64,000 nt of DNA, from positions 27,900,001-27,964,000 of the forward strand of contig OZ024746.1 in NCBI GenBank assembly GCA_964016885.1. Direction: 5' to 3'. The stretch's first letter is position 1. Each line of letters begins with the position of its first letter. This DNA is from Eledone cirrhosa (lineage: Eukaryota). The notes under the pieces are model-generated. The model ran no database searches. It had not been told where the DNA came from and saw only the letters and a list, made by a program, of their open reading frames with translations. Both the position numbers and the translations under genes were made by a program. Shown here piece by piece: positions 41,520-56,699 of the stretch.

Positions 41520-41756
41520 ATTAACAAAAAGGAGAACATTATGCAGAACTAATCAGGAATCTGCAGATACTCCACCATGACTATACCTGTGATCATTAAG
41601 GCCCTGAAATATGTTACTTATTGCTTCAGTACAAATCTTGAGAAGCTGGGCTTCACAGAACCAGAAAGAACACGACTAATTAGGAAGTTACAAGTACAAT
41701 CCATTAATGGAACTGTATAAATATGTAAAACATTGCAGAAATTCAGCATGTATTAA
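41520..41756 (+). pseudogene. Remnant of a restriction-like-endonuclease non-LTR element (R4/Dong-like C-terminus)
   Basis: Frameshifted YAELIRNLQILH / IPVIIKALKYVT...TNLEKLGF...LIRKLQVQSINGTV*ICKT resembles the Y..L...IP(V/I)IIGALG region of RLE elements. Confidence 0.6.
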
Positions 41757-41984
41757 CTGCATTTACACATGTATAGATACAAAACATATACACGTGTACA
41801 CATATAACTCAAAGAAAAGAGATCCACACATACAATAACACCCAGACCTGTGCACGCACGCACGCACGCATGTATGCCAACATACATACATATTTACCTA
41901 GTTGGTGTTGTCTAAATACAGATGTGAGAGACTTGTGTCTATGTTAGAAACCAGCTCTTTCTCTATTGATAAGATTTATAAAAT

Positions 41985-42165
41985 AATTGTTTCTACTTTT
42001 GGCACAAGGCCAGCAATTACCCAGTGCATTACTGGTACTTTATTTTATCTACCTCGTAAGGATGAAAGGCAAAGTTAACCTCGGCGGGATTCGAACTCAG
42101 AATGGCAAGGGCCGTAACTCTATGCGTCAAAGCATGGCGTCCGACACTCTACCGATACTGCCAAA
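41985..42165 (-). mobile_element. Main-family SINE
   Basis: Homologous to 16101-16280. Confidence 0.85.
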
Positions 42166-43923
42166 ATGAAACCAGAACATACATACATACATACATAAAT
42201 ACATACGTAAATACAGATTCGGGTCTTGGCCAACCCAACCGTTAAAGTTTATTAATGTGGTGCTCCAGTATGGTCAGAGTCTAATGATTGAAACTATATA
42301 ATTTATATGTGATTTACAGTATATAATGATGATGTAATACTAGTATCATCCATCATCATCATCTTCTTCACCTCCACCTCAACCCCCCTCCTCCTTCTTC
42401 TTGTCTCTTTGTTCGCTATTCTTCTTTGTTGTTTTTTTTATCCTTTCTTTCAATTGTTTCACACCTTTATATTTCGTATTCCGACAACCGTCAAATAACT
42501 TCCTTCAACTTTTAGAAGTTGAGACAAAAACAAACAAACAAACAAAAACCGTTTCTAGGCAATTTTCCCTTATCTTAAAGTTTGTGGACAATAAGACGTG
42601 TTTACTTAAATTTAATAAATGTCATATCGTTTTAAATCAACTAGCTTCTTTTTTGTGGTGAATTTTTATCATATCTTTTTATTTATATACTGTATATATT
42701 CGTTTCAAGAATGAAGCTACGATGCTATGAAGCTACTTTGGCTCAATTCCATTAGAATGTAATCACCGAAAGTAGTTCCAGAATGGAATATAAATCATGA
42801 TGTACCATAAACCTTGTGATATGAATTTTATTATAACTTTCTATTAATATATTCCCACAAACTTTCCAATAGACATCAATCAATGAACTTTATAATGATT
42901 ATTTATTCTTTACAAAAAGAAGAGAAATAAAAAGATTAAAGTGCGATATATGAATATATATATATATATATATCTTATGAGCGACAGAAACATATATTTC
43001 CATAATTAAGATAGCATATTTTTTATGGTGGGAAAGTTTAAAGATTTAACATATTACAGCGTGGCTAGGGCCATTATAGTTAGATTAAAACCAATGGATT
43101 TATATTATAGACGACATTTATAAACCATTATATGGGAAATCATATACAGTTGATTGACGATTAAACGTTCGAACAAAATATGAAATTTGTTGCATTAAAA
43201 AAAGAATAATTAGTGGAGTTTTTTTTTTCTGATTTTATTTATTTTACGTATAGATTTATTGTATATTTCCAGGGGGTATTTTATCTCTTTAATCAGGAGT
43301 TTGATTAAAATCTCACCAGCGCTCTGGCTGAACATTTTCGTCTAAGTATAATGCATTGTTAATGGCAACAAAAATATTAATTTGGGGTTCTTTAAATATT
43401 GTGGACCACTAATGAATATTGTGGGGTCCTGGATACAGCCTAGTCATCCCTTGTTGTTTTTGATCTACCACTGAATGACAGTAATAGAAACAACAATGTA
43501 AAAATACTTACTGTTAATATAAGTTGAGTCTTAGACAACTGTCTTTATCAAAGTCGGGGTCGACACAAGAATTGCGTGTGAAATTTGGTAGACAGAAACT
43601 GTTTGAAAGACCGTCGAATAGACTGTACCTGTACTTCAATGGTCTGGCCTTCATATATATATATATATATATAGTAATAATAACTATGAAGACAAGACCA
43701 AAATCCGAAGAGGGCTCGATAAATATATATATATATGTATATATATAAAGATTTACATATACATAAAGTCATAGATATATATGTGGCAACCGGTCACGTT
43801 GTGGCTCAATGAAGAATTAATAATAAATTAAATAATCAGAGCAATATATCATAAATAGAATTATTAGATAAAATATATACCATTTCCTCTAATTAATGAA
43901 TTAAATAATCAGAGGAAATGGTA

Positions 43924-43956
<33 letters not shown>

Positions 43957-44293
43957 AATATATATATATATAAAACCCGTAGATCAAATATTTATTGTTA
44001 GTACATATTAAGGTTTAAGCAAAGAATCGGTGCTTTCATCCTATCCCGAGATCTTCTGGAACGATATGCATTCATGAGTTTTATAACGAATAATTATAAT
44101 ATTCGATTCGTTTACAAGCAAACAGTCTCATTACGCTATGCTTTTTAGATGACCATCCTTTTGTTCTAGCGGTAAAAGAAAAGCATAGCGTAATCAGGCT
44201 GTGTTCTTGCATACGAATGGAATATTATTAGTATTCGATTAACCCATATTAAGCTGGAGTGTCATATATGTAAGGTTGAAGGTGTATCTCTTG

Positions 44294-44400
<107 letters not shown>

Positions 44401-45147
44401 CGTGCGTGCGCGTATATTTAGGAGCATATTATTTATATTAACTATTACCCTTTTACTTGTTCCAGCTGGTAGTCTGAGGCCATGCTGAAGCACCGCTATT
44501 TCTAGAGTACCGTTTTAATGCTTAAATGTATTTAAGTATAATTAAGTGCTGTATGATATACGTAGAGGCTTAAGGCGAATTAATGGTTTATGGTCGCTGT
44601 AAAATAGTATTTTGTGTTGTCTGGGCCCGTATGCTTCCATTGTAAATATTTCCTTTACTTATGAAACATTAGCAACATTTGAAAATTTAAATGTAGTCGT
44701 CCTAACGCGGGTAGCTATAACAATAGCCAATCAATATAAATAAATTTGAGAAAATGCTGTAAAGTGCACATGGAGAGAGAAATGGAGGTCAGATGTGTGA
44801 CGAACATCGTATCTTACTGTTCCGACTCAATATTTATAGGGATTGACTATTATCACAGTCATCTTCGTTTGGACAACTACATTTCGAATATAAAATGTAT
44901 AATTATGCATGTGTGTATAACTGCACGTATCATTTCTTATGGATATTATTCTCTAGGTAGAGTAGTGGTGCTTATGTATTTCTTAGAGGACTCAATATAT
45001 AATTATGAGACTGACATTAATCAAGATAAGTTCAAGATGAAAGCATTCATAAATTAACCAACATTAGGTCATATTCCTTCTACTGCCACACTAACGACTA
45101 GTTCAATCGCACTTTAAATGTATCACACAAAGCTAAATATCTCAGTC

Positions 45148-45178
<31 letters not shown>

Positions 45179-46373
45179 AAGCAGGCTTATAGGAGGAATA
45201 TAGTCACCTGATCTCCTCACATCAGCTCAATTTGCATTCGAAATTATTTTTAAAATACCATATGCTATCCTCTTTCTTCTCTGATAAAGAAACTTTACTC
45301 AGAAAATGGGGGGAAAAGGTGAGGAAAGAAAAATAAATAAAAACGAACGAAAAAGAACGAACATGACGTTATCTTTACGTTGAGAGAATCCGTTGATACA
45401 TACTTTTATATTTTTTTAGGTTTCATGTTTTACTTTTTATATATCTTTTGAACAAGTATCATGCATTATTCAAAACATTTCCTCGTTCAAACGTCAAGTT
45501 TATCTTTTGCAACAGTTTTTTTTTTTTCATCCTTTTTGTGATTTGAGATATTCACTGGAGGAGGAGGGCGAGGAGGAGGGCGAGGAGGGCGGCGGCGGCG
45601 GCGACGACGGCGACGGCGACGACGACGACGAAGAAAGGGATGAGGAGGAGGGGCAATAGGGGAGGAGGAATGGTAATGGCAACAAACTTGTTCCACGTCG
45701 CTAATCAACAACATTTCCTTTACGCCGTCTTTTATTTCCTTCCTTTGTTCTTGATAACACAGAAGTAAATGTAAATCCCAAATAATAACACTTTGATGAC
45801 TTCCGGTGAATCAGTGCCTTTCTGGGGGATTACATTTCTGATTTACCAAAAATATACCAGACAAAACCAATGGAAAGATATTCAAGACGAAACCAATGGA
45901 AAAATATAAAGATAATGTTAACAAGAAACCATCAATTTGGGGGTGGGAGGAAAAGTCAATTATATCGAACCCAGTATTTAAATGGTACTTTAATTTATTG
46001 ACTTTGGAAGGATGAACGGCTAAGCTGATTTTGGTGGGATTTTAATTCAAAATACACATATTTACATATTTCACAAAATTGAATAGCACAGGCTTGGTTA
46101 TGTGGTTAAGGAGTTTGATTTATAACAATGAAGTGCTGGGTTCAGTCATAATGTGCGACAGTATGACTATGTATCTTTTACTGTATCCTCAGGTTCACCG
46201 ACGCCATGTGAGTGGAATTTGATAGACCGAAACCTCAGAAAACTCTCTCTATATATATTTATATATAAATAACTTTGGTAGGTTTCAGCCAGTATTGGCC
46301 CAGGCCATGTCTAACTTATATATATATACATTGCATGTATTCAAAGTGTATATACATTTTTGGGTGACATCCT

Positions 46374-46540
46374 GTGTATTAATGAAAGCAGAGGATCTAC
46401 CAGTTTCGTCTAATCACCTCTGAAGAGGTAACTAGCCCAAACAACCGAGCTCGTGGTAGATCCTCTACTTTCACTAATACACCCACTCTGCATTTTATCA
46501 TGTATCGAGTACTTCTTTCCCTGTAACGCAGACCATCAAT
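46374..46540 (+). mobile_element. Foldback element with a degraded hammerhead (family Q)
   Basis: 29-bp arms 46374-46402 / 46454-46482; CTGAAGA at 46420 with GAAA mutated; ATCGAGT in the tail. Confidence 0.55.
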
Positions 46541-46579
46541 ATATATATAGTGTAGTTGTATCTTTGCGCATATAAACTC

Positions 46580-46640
46580 GCATATCTGACGATTTGGATT
46601 TTACCCTGAGCTGATCGATATCGAAACAATTGTAATATGC
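46580..46640 (+). ncRNA. Type I hammerhead ribozyme followed by AATAAA
   Basis: GCATAT-CTGACGA-(30 nt, weak stem II)-GAAA-C-AATT-G-TA-ATATGC: perfect 6-bp stem I, palindromic loop, GUA site; AATAAA at 46642. Confidence 0.75.
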
Positions 46641-48049
46641 CAATAAAGTTTGTACATATGCTGCAACACTGACTTCGATTCTACTTAATTTCTCTCTCTA
46701 TATATATGTATATATATATGAGTGGGGTGGGGTACGTGTATCTAGGATTACGTTAGTGTCTGTTTTTATGTCCCGAAACTTAACAATTCAACAAAAGAGA
46801 TCGATAAGTACTAGATTTGAAAAAAGAAACTACGTTGGATGGATATGATCGAGTAAATCAATACGGTGTCCCAGCCTGGCTGCTGCTTAACGACTGAAAC
46901 CAATGAAATAATAAAAGAATAGGATTTTATTTTTGAGGCATTTTAATCAAACAGTTAGTTCGTATTATAAATAATTCATTCGTGTTGCAATTGTTATGAA
47001 TACATACTTTCATTTTATTCTGAATTTTAAGTGCAATAAGACTATAGCTTAGTTTATTTTATCCTTTAAACAAATTCTCAAGATTTACGCTCTCATTTAA
47101 AAGCGATTCCATCATTTCCAATTTGTAATATAATATTAAAGAAATGTGGAATTGATTTAAGTTGTGCCATTGAAAAAGAAAACAAAATTTGTCAACTGAA
47201 AACAAATATCCATTTAAAGTTAATTCATATTTAATCATTTGGTTAAGAGATACTTTAATTATCCGAGAGTAACTAATTTCATACAACTGATACTCGAAAG
47301 CTGATATGCTGCTTGTATTTTCGTTAATTCATGCAAAACGAAAAAAAATTACTGTTTGATTCAAAGAAATAAAACATTGCACAAGGGTTGGCGACGTCAT
47401 TTATAACTTTCGAGGTTTTGACGACGAAACGGTTTAGCATCAATGCCATCGTTACTTTCTTTTTTTACCAGATGAAGCACGAGAAAGAACATAATATGCC
47501 ACCATGTCTAGTGGTCGAACTAACGACTTTACGATCGTAAGGTCAATATCAAAACTCCCTGGCGAGTCCTCAAGAAAGCCTTCCAGCGTGTCCTGTCAGA
47601 ATCAACTATCCCGAATTAATCCGGCTGGATCCCCAAGCGAGACCGACCGAGGTCATGAATGTTATATTATATCATATATATTGTATTATATTATATCATA
47701 TATTATATTACATTATATTATATTATATTGAGGCAGAATAGCCGGATGGTAAAGATCTGCGCTTCGCTATCATTAGGTTCCGTGTTCGATCCCACTGCGT
47801 GGCATCTATGGGAACTTTTATTTGCGATAACCTCGTGTATATCCAGGCCTTGAGAATGAAATTTGATATACGAAAACTGCCCCGTTGATTGAATATCAGG
47901 AGTGATAATCATCGAAACCGACAGAGGCTTATTTAGTATTACATTATATTAGAAAAAAAGTAAATTAACTAATTAACATGCTACTTTTCTCGTATTTTTA
48001 CTGATTTCAATGCTCATCATTGAAGATGTTTACCTCATTCCCATCGAAC

Positions 48050-48780
48050 AGATAGACCAGGAGAAATATGCTGTAACTTCTCTAGCTCATGATCTCACAC
48101 AAATTATTGACATTCCTATCAGGTTTTCTAACAATGATGCTGACACACCTTCTCTACTTAAGCCCTTTCTGACTTCGTTCCCAGAAAGCTGTTTACCCAC
48201 TTCTTTCTCTCCTTTTGGTTACTCGAATCATGGAGTGATCTCTGTCAATGTTAAATTTGCTGCTGTTGTTAGTGAAGATAAGACATATCATAGTAAAACT
48301 TTCAACTTTCCAAAGTCTGACAAGGAACTCTGTTTTGGGGAAAGCTACCTCTGATGCTTCAGGAGAATTCACAGAGTGGGATTGACACTTTCATTCTTAG
48401 TAGCCATTTTAAGGTAAAACCTCACTCTCTACTTTGGTCCAATGCACAGTGTTCATCTGCTATTGCACATTGAAAGCTCTTTTACCAAGGCTTTCCCCCG
48501 GATCAGTCTGGTGATTTCTTTATGGAGATCAAGCAATGCCTGTGAAAGAGTTACTGCTGATTCTAAATCTTCCTATGCGCACAGAGTTCGTGAGTCCGTT
48601 GCCTAGCAGAGACATCACAGTCGCGACTTTTGGAAAATCTGCGATAGTGTTATTAATCCTGGTAAGTATGTTGTGCTCTCACTTTTTGAAGGTGTTAGCT
48701 GTTCTAGGTCTTCCACAGAAAAGAAAGACTAAGCTGTTAGCTCGTTTGTTTGCTGTTAAAGCTTGCACTTTACTTTTACG
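48050..48780 (+). pseudogene. Degraded CR1/Jockey-group LINE (end of APE endonuclease and linker)
   Basis: DLTQIIDIPIRF...PSLLKPFLTS.P...SPFGYSNHGVISV matches the LTQ.V..PTR...LLDL.LTS...LG.SDH pattern; downstream KPHS..W and SRDFWKI. Confidence 0.65.
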
Positions 48781-49475
48781 CGTTGGCTGTTAGAACAAAT
48801 TGGAACACTCATTAACGAAACCAACTGAAGTAACACACACACAGACCCAGATACACGCAGACAATCAGCCACAGACACGCACAAACACACAAGCACACAA
48901 ACACACAGACAGCCACATACACAGAGATAGACACACACATGAACCCACAGGCACACACACATATATACAGACATACAGACACGTACACAGACAGACACAT
49001 ATACACAGTGGTGGACTGGCCATGTTGCCAGGCTGCCCAATGGCAAGTGGGCCGCAGGGGGCCCATGGTAGCATTGCAAGAGCCCACATTAGCATTGCAG
49101 GGCCCCACAGTAGTATGTTAGGGGCCAATGTTTTTGTTTTCAAAAAATACCTGAAATGTAAGAGAAAGAATAAATTAAAACAAAATTAAATAAAGCAATT
49201 AAGCAAAACATTTGGTTAACCAATTCCCCAGGGAATTACTAGAAACCCAAATATATGATAGTGCAAATAGCTGGAATCAGTGGTTGTACATTCTACTAAA
49301 TCTAAAGCTTAGTTTATTCATTCATGCAAACATACATATATAGACAAGCATATATATATATATATATATATATACATACACTTACAAACGAACTACTGAC
49401 CAAATAATATTTGGTATCAATGTGTTAAAGACATTAGTCAAATCAATTAATGGTGAAGGTGGTGTGTGTGTGTGT

Positions 49476-49509
<34 letters not shown>

Positions 49510-49514
49510 TTATT

Positions 49515-50825
49515 TATTATTGGAGAAGGTAAAATATTTTCCGCAAAAATTTGAATGCACTGTTTTGGTTCCACTTAACTATTTTTTGAAAATGTTATTT
49601 ATTCATTATAAAAATTAAATGATATTCTATATATAGCATTATATATGTAGGTGCCCCCCCCCCCCTTCATCTGGCAACCAATACTTTTAAACCTAGTCCG
49701 CCACTGTATATATATATATATATAAATAAATATATATATATATATATAATGCCAATCATTGTAAGTTTGAATCTAACTGACACACAAAAACATATATAGG
49801 AAGAAGGTAAGCCCAAATTATAGTAGATTCAAATATCACAGAGAGAGGAGGGGGAGAAATGAGGTGCAACAAAAATGAAACGTGGATTACAAGTTAAAAT
49901 ATAGTCTAGATAGATGTGAAACAAAACGTGGATGTAGTTTATGGAACACCCAAATGATTTAGAAGTCGACCTTAAGTAGGAGCAATAACATTAAGAAAGA
50001 CATGAACGGCACCACAACACTTTGTTTTGAAAATTTTTAAAGTAGGTTTATAAGTAGGAATTTTCATAAGATTTTCGTAGTTGTCTCTGTGGCCTAGCGG
50101 TAAGTACTAGAGACAGTGGAGATTCTGGCCTTGGGTTCAATCCTGGTCAAGTGGTGCATGTAACCTTTTATTTAGTTTTTATTTTACAACCGATAGAAAA
50201 AAAACTGAAAAGGTTTATGGGAACCTTACTCCCGACTGGGATCGAACTTCAGACCGGGATCACCTCCGTCTATGGTTCCTCCAGCTAGGCCACCGAGACA
50301 GCTACTAATTATAAACCTTTCAAAATCAAAGTTAAAAAGATGTGGTGTTGCTTATGGCTTTGCTAGAGCTATTAGTAATATTTAGGGTCGACTTCTGGTC
50401 ATTATTGAAAGTCTCCGCAGGTGGTGGATTGGCAGTATCGGTAGAGGGTTGGACGCCATGCTTTCCAGCATAGTTACGTCCCTTTATGATCTGAGTTCAA
50501 ATCCCGCCGAGGTTGACTTTGCCTTTCATCCTTACGGGGTCGATAAAATAAAGTACCAGTAATGCACTGGGTAATTGCTGGCCTTGTGCCTAAAGTAGAA
50601 ACAATTATTGAAAGTCTCCGCATTTCGTAAAATATAATATTGTTTATTGGAGAAGGTAAGATATTTTCCCGCAAAAATTTGACTGCACTGTTTTGTTTCC
50701 ACTTGCCTATTTTTTTTAAATGTTATTTATTCATTATAAAAATTAGCATTCTATATGTAGCATTCTATATGTAGGTGGGCCCCCTTCATTTAGCAATTAA
50801 TATTTTTAGACGCAATCCGCCACTG
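49515..50825 (-). mobile_element. Family H composite repeat, copy 2 (interrupted by a SINE)
   Basis: Homologous to 11815-12725; about 190-bp CAGTGGCGGA module at both ends; tRNA-like units at 50083-50155 (+) and 50229-50299 (-). Confidence 0.7.
50420..50603 (+). mobile_element. Main-family SINE with 19-bp TSD
   Basis: ATTATTGAAAGTCTCCGCA at 50401-50419 and 50604-50622; the empty site is visible in the paralogous repeat at about 12704-12722. Confidence 0.92.
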
Positions 50826-51329
50826 CACACACAGGCACACACAAACTCTTTTCCGAACATATCTCTTATTCATTAGCAACAGCCTTCTCAGAGTAAAATT
50901 AAAACTCATGACCACTGTCGCTGGTGATGGTGGTGTTGATGATGGTAGTGGTTGTGATGGCGATGATGTTTGTGGTAGTGGTGATAGTGGTGTTGTTGCT
51001 GGTGGTGTTTCTGCCGCTGCTGTAGGTGATGGTGGTTGTGGCAGTGGTGACGCTTGTGTTGATGGTAATGGTTGTGATGTTGATGCTGGTAGTGATGATA
51101 GTGATTTGTTGTGTTTTATTTTTATAACCCCCCCCCCCCACACACACACACACACTCACACCTTTCATCTGGCAATATTTGCTAATAAATTATATCAAGT
51201 ATTTGACGATAACGAGACGATGTAAAATATTCATATCAACGAATTATCCGCTTCAGTGAATCAGATAGTTAAGCAGTCGTCATATTTTGCCAATAATCCT
51301 GTTTGTTCATCTGCCGTCAACCGTAACTT

Positions 51330-51377
<48 letters not shown>

Positions 51378-51829
51378 GTTAGCAAACACTTTCCATTGAA
51401 AATAATTATTCAATATCTGTGTCAATTACCGGGACATAAGCAAGGCCGTGTCGTTAGGCGGTATAGAAAAGGTAACATGTCTTGGTTACCACTGGAGAGC
51501 TTAAGCAACTAACATTGAAATACTCGTCACAATGATATACACATCAATAATGTTTTATATTATTATATAGCCACATCAATATACAGTAAGCACCACTAGA
51601 AAATAGTGGGCAAACGTCAACCAATCAATATAATCAATACTGGCTTTGATTATTATTATTATTATACTGGTTCCAGCCATTAGACTACTGCTATGCTGGG
51701 TGGGACACCGCTTTGGAAAGAACTGATCATATATATCGATCCCAGTACATTCACATTTTCACATCTGGTACTTAATGTTTTTGTCAAGCCATTAATTTAC
51801 GACATACACACACACACACAGTGAGAGAG

Positions 51830-51866
<37 letters not shown>

Positions 51867-54800
51867 CAAAATGTGGAGTTAAAATAATTTCCTACAATCA
51901 AATAAGCTCAATGAACAAACTCCGAGCACTATAAAACATGAGAGAAATACAAAGATATGTATGTCCGATAATAGAGGATTTTATTGGATATATATTTATT
52001 GTGTTTTATATATATGGCGTAATCCTGAAGTTTCTGTCAACCAAATTTTATACAAGGCATTGGTTAATCCGCAGCTCTAATACAAAACACCCCAAGGACC
52101 AGGCAATAGAAGTGAACCTGAAACTATGTAATTGCAAACCAAACCCCTTAAGCACACAGCTATGCCTAGTAACTATTACTAGAAAAATGGTGTCGAAACT
52201 GTACTCAATCAATATAATCTATATTGGCTTTGATGTTTGTTAACGATTTCCTATTAAATATATTCCGAATGATGTAATTTTCATTTTTTTCTTTTCACAT
52301 CATTTTCCTCTGAAGATAGGAAATAAGAAACGCAATGTTACATTGAATGAACGACTCTAAAATCATATTATTGGGGAGAGAAGGGCAGTGGATTGGCAGA
52401 ACCATGCATTGCAGGATTTCAATACAGCCCTCTATTTTCTGGTTTAAAATCCCCCTAAATTCAGTTTTACATTTATGAAGTAAATGAAGTACCAGCAACG
52501 CACCTGGGTGGGAATAATCAACGTTTCTCTTCAACCAAAATCGTGGATTGTGTGCCTAAATTAGAAATCAATCTAAGTGGTAACTATGACGACGGTGTAT
52601 TAGTTCACCCTTGATACGTGTACCAAGGTTTTAGGTTTTAAGATTAAATTATGCCAAAGTCAACTTTTCTTTTTATTCCTCCGGCATTTGTGAAATAAAG
52701 TATCGCTCATATACGAAGGCTGATGAAATTAACTTTCTCCCTCTACATAAACTGCTGGGCATGTGTCTGAATAAGAAAAACCATTATTACTAGTGACTTA
52801 ACTTGAAACTTTCATCGAGACTACTAACTTCTCAAAACTGCTTTGAGAAGCTAGTAGTCTCTGCGAAACATTGTAGAAAACAATCACTGGTAATAATAAA
52901 ATGGTCAGTGGTTAGAGTGTTAGTCTCACGATCATAAGGTCGTAGGCTCAATTTCCGAATCGTGTAATGCTTCGTTTCATATTGCCCAGTTCACTTAGCT
53001 ATAAATGAATACCAGTGGCAGCAAGAGTCGACAGTGTGAGGGACTAACGTATTACACTCTCAGACACTTAATAAGCATGGTATCATGGACGGAGAATGAT
53101 AAATTTAATACGTGTGAATGGGGGTTGTACTTATGGTGACCTCTGAGATAATATACATGGACTTAACCCGATATCGAAATATTTGAAATCATAGTAAAAT
53201 CGTCCTACGGTTATTCTGTCCCTATCTCTACAACAGAAAGGTTATACAGGCGTGTACTGTACATAGACATGACAGAGATAACTGGGTGATGAAAGCTTCC
53301 GGTTACATTTAAACTTGATAATAAAACCGACTGACATGACTTCAGAGAACCACTATTTTGGTACATTGTTTAATCTAAAGGGGGCGCTGTATCAAATTAC
53401 GCAATCTTCTGTAAACATTTTCGCTTCTCTTATTTTCAGAAAGGGAGTGTCAAAAATGTCACTAAGCTTTACATACATTCCTCTTTGAGTATGGAGCGGT
53501 TAGGAAATTGGCTTTACAATCATGATTCCCAGCGTGGAATCTTGGGAAGGTTTCTTTACCATCGCCTCGAATCGACCCAAGCTTAGTTAGGGAAATTGAT
53601 AAGATAGAAGCTGTGGGGGGAACCTATTGGGTGGAATGTACCTGTAATTAAAGGGAGGATTTCAAAAGTTAAATAGTCAAACTAAATTCTAGGCGGTGTT
53701 TATTGCAGCTTAGCACCGTCTATGTTCAACTACCTCCTATCACCCGAGAAACGGTGATGGTTCCAACAAGAGCTTTGACCGACAAATAGTATCAGCAAAG
53801 GAAAGACCAATCGAATCAAGTTCCATGGAACCATGTGGAGAGAAAGTGAATGAATGTATGTATGCCTCAAATTGGCTGATATAGCAAATAAAAGTTTAGA
53901 TAAGGTAACAAAGAGGGGGATACAGGATATAGGTCTCGTTTTATCACACCATGGTAGCATTTTATTAGTAGTTGATTATATCATACTGTTGTACTGTGGT
54001 AAATTAGTCGAAAGCTGCATATATTTACTGTACTATGGTAATTGGGTCATTAACTATATTATCTACCATACTGTGATAAATTAGTCACTAATTGTATATT
54101 ATCTGTTATTTTCGATGTCACATTTTTTTTGGTGATGATAGTACATGCTCAATTTCGATTAAAGGACGTCATTTATTTCTTTTTTCGCCCAAACATCTTC
54201 CTTCGTGATCAATATTTTATTGCGAAGGTTTCTTTATTAGCTTGCAGGATATTCTCTTAACGTACGTCAATGAAAAATAATTTAGAATCTGCAGCACTTC
54301 CTCTTATTGTATATCAACATTAAATGTTGGAATCTTGTTTCTTTTGAAATAACTTGATTGAATATTCAATAGAACATTTTCTAGATTAACATTTTTGCCG
54401 TACTATTTTAAAACTTAATATATGAAAGTTTTTAAATTTAATAAGAAAAATAAAAGAAATAGGTAGATGAAAAGTTACATGGAGGGAAATAGCAAATAAA
54501 AGAAATTCCTACATTAACAGCAATCATATGAGCTGTTAATGAAACGAGTAACAGCTGCTAAATGATATATCAATGTCAGTGACATTGAACAAATAGATAA
54601 GAGAAACTACAACAAAAAATAGCAATAACAGCGGTATCAAGAGCAGCTATAATAACAAAGGAATCAGAAGTAGCAACAACAGCACTAACTGCAACAACTC
54701 AACAAAAACGAATACATCAACCAGGAAGAAGTATACAATCTACAAATATTGAATGTTGATATGATAAATTGTGGTTTTTCTCTTTACTATGTCGATCTTT

Positions 54801-55049
54801 TCCTTTTTGCTGCTATAAAACTAAAGCGTTCAAGATTAATTTTACTAGAATATATTTCTAACACATTTTACCATCCCCTCCTACAGTATCTAACAAAGTT
54901 ATAACTCTAAGGCGATTGTCATGGGATGTGTACGGCTTTCAACAATTTGGCCTTTTAGTGAGGGAGGCGTATCTTCATCTTCATTTAGAGTAATTAGAAT
55001 GAGTTAAACACGAATCATAGTAAATTACTTCTAAAACATTTCTTAGAGG

Positions 55050-55815
55050 TAATTCATAAGATAAGCTACGACCAGGTGAGTAAAAGCCGCCTCTAAAAAG
55101 GCCTAGTTCTCGTGGTTTTGAGAAAATATCAGATTGACGCCAATAAGACCACCGAGACTACAATATGGTGAGAGGAACGAAAAGGAACCATACTGCATCG
55201 TCCTTCGCATGAGTTAACAAGGAACGCATTGAGGACTTATGTAGAGGTGCCTGTTCGAATGTATTGCAGCTTCCATATGTCGCAAAAACTGGTGATGGGC
55301 TAGCGACCTGTCCTGGAAGCGTGGAATGGAGGCAAAGTTTGCTTATACCGAGACCCCGAATATGATCCGGAAGGGAGTAAAGCTGGAACATCATAACTCT
55401 TACAGGTAAGGAGCAGGAACTAGTGGAGAAGGCTAGATGTTATTGGCTCGATATATTCGGGGTTTCCTCAAAGTTCTGAGGCTCCGATACTGTAGATTTT
55501 GTAACTCCATTATTCAGGGAAGATTTGTTTACTTGAAGCTTAGGCTGAAAGATTTGTGTGGGTGTGGTGCAAATTTATGCACTCAGCAAGGAGTCCGAAC
55601 AGAGGTCCTTCGTTGAAGTCAATGCAGCGTTCCATGTAGTTAAGACCGAGTCATATCCCGATGGTACACTTCAATGCACATGTTGGCACCGATGACCTGA
55701 TATGGAAAGGAGTTATTGGAAGGCGACCCCGATCTAAATACGAATGGAGGGGGACCTTGCTAGACTTCTGTTCTAGCAACGGACTATTATGAACACCTTC
55801 CAGCACAGAGACAAC
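55050..55815 (+). pseudogene. RTE-type LINE 5' remnant (APE endonuclease)
   Basis: Broken frames read WNIITLTGKEQELVEKA..Y.LDIFGVS, VVQIYA, FNAHVGTD...WKGVIG, LLDFCSSNGL and MNTFQH. Confidence 0.75.
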
Positions 55816-56699
55816 CAAACAGTGAATCAATATTTATAAGATAAGGAAATAATCACTTTTGTTGCAATAGAAAAGAATGAAACACCGGTTTAACCCTTTC
55901 AATTATAAAACTTTATATTTAGTTAAAAGTCTTCCTTTTATGGCATAAGTTATCTTCCACATACTAGATTAACAAGTATTTTTAAATATCAGTTCTACAT
56001 AAGTATGCCTACCTATTTTCAAAATTCATTTGAAAATTATAGTATTTCATTTAAAATATGATAAAGTAAGGGCCAAATTTTGTCCAAAGAACAAACTGAT
56101 CAAACCGGGGCAGAACGGTGCTTATTCGTTTCCTTGGCGTTAAATAACGGAAAATAGAAATAAGAGATGTCAGTCCGTTGCAGATTTTATTCCAGTCAAC
56201 TGCTCGCCTGAAACAATGTGAGGAAGTATATCGTTTAATACACCACCTCGTCCTAGTATCGAACTATTCGCATGCACGGTAGTGGATAAAATTGGGCAGC
56301 TGAGACATTTTTAGTTCAAATCGTGATAGGTTTGAAAGAAAATATCTGAGTTCGACATAAAACTTCTCGAATACAATCAACTTTTTTTTTTTTTTTTTTT
56401 CCTTTAAATCATAAAATTAATCGACATATTTGATAATCAGGTGGTAGCAATCATTAAAGCAATGTAATGTACGCGTATGTAATCGTGTTGCCTTCTAGGA
56501 AGACAGTAAGCTGTTGAACATCACAGATAATAGATTACTGAAATACGAGATACATTTTACTAATGTTATCTTCAAAATTATTAGGATAATGTTTTCAACA
56601 TATGCTACAATGCTATTTCATATGACAACAGAAATATACACAAATATATACAAATGAATTGTCACAAATTCTCTCAACATCCACCTAAATTTCACATAC

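Noticed and set aside
45557-45670. Poly-Arg/Pro ORF (also the Gly/Asp-rich ORF at 50908-51225)
   Set aside because: Compound trinucleotide repeats without splice or coding context
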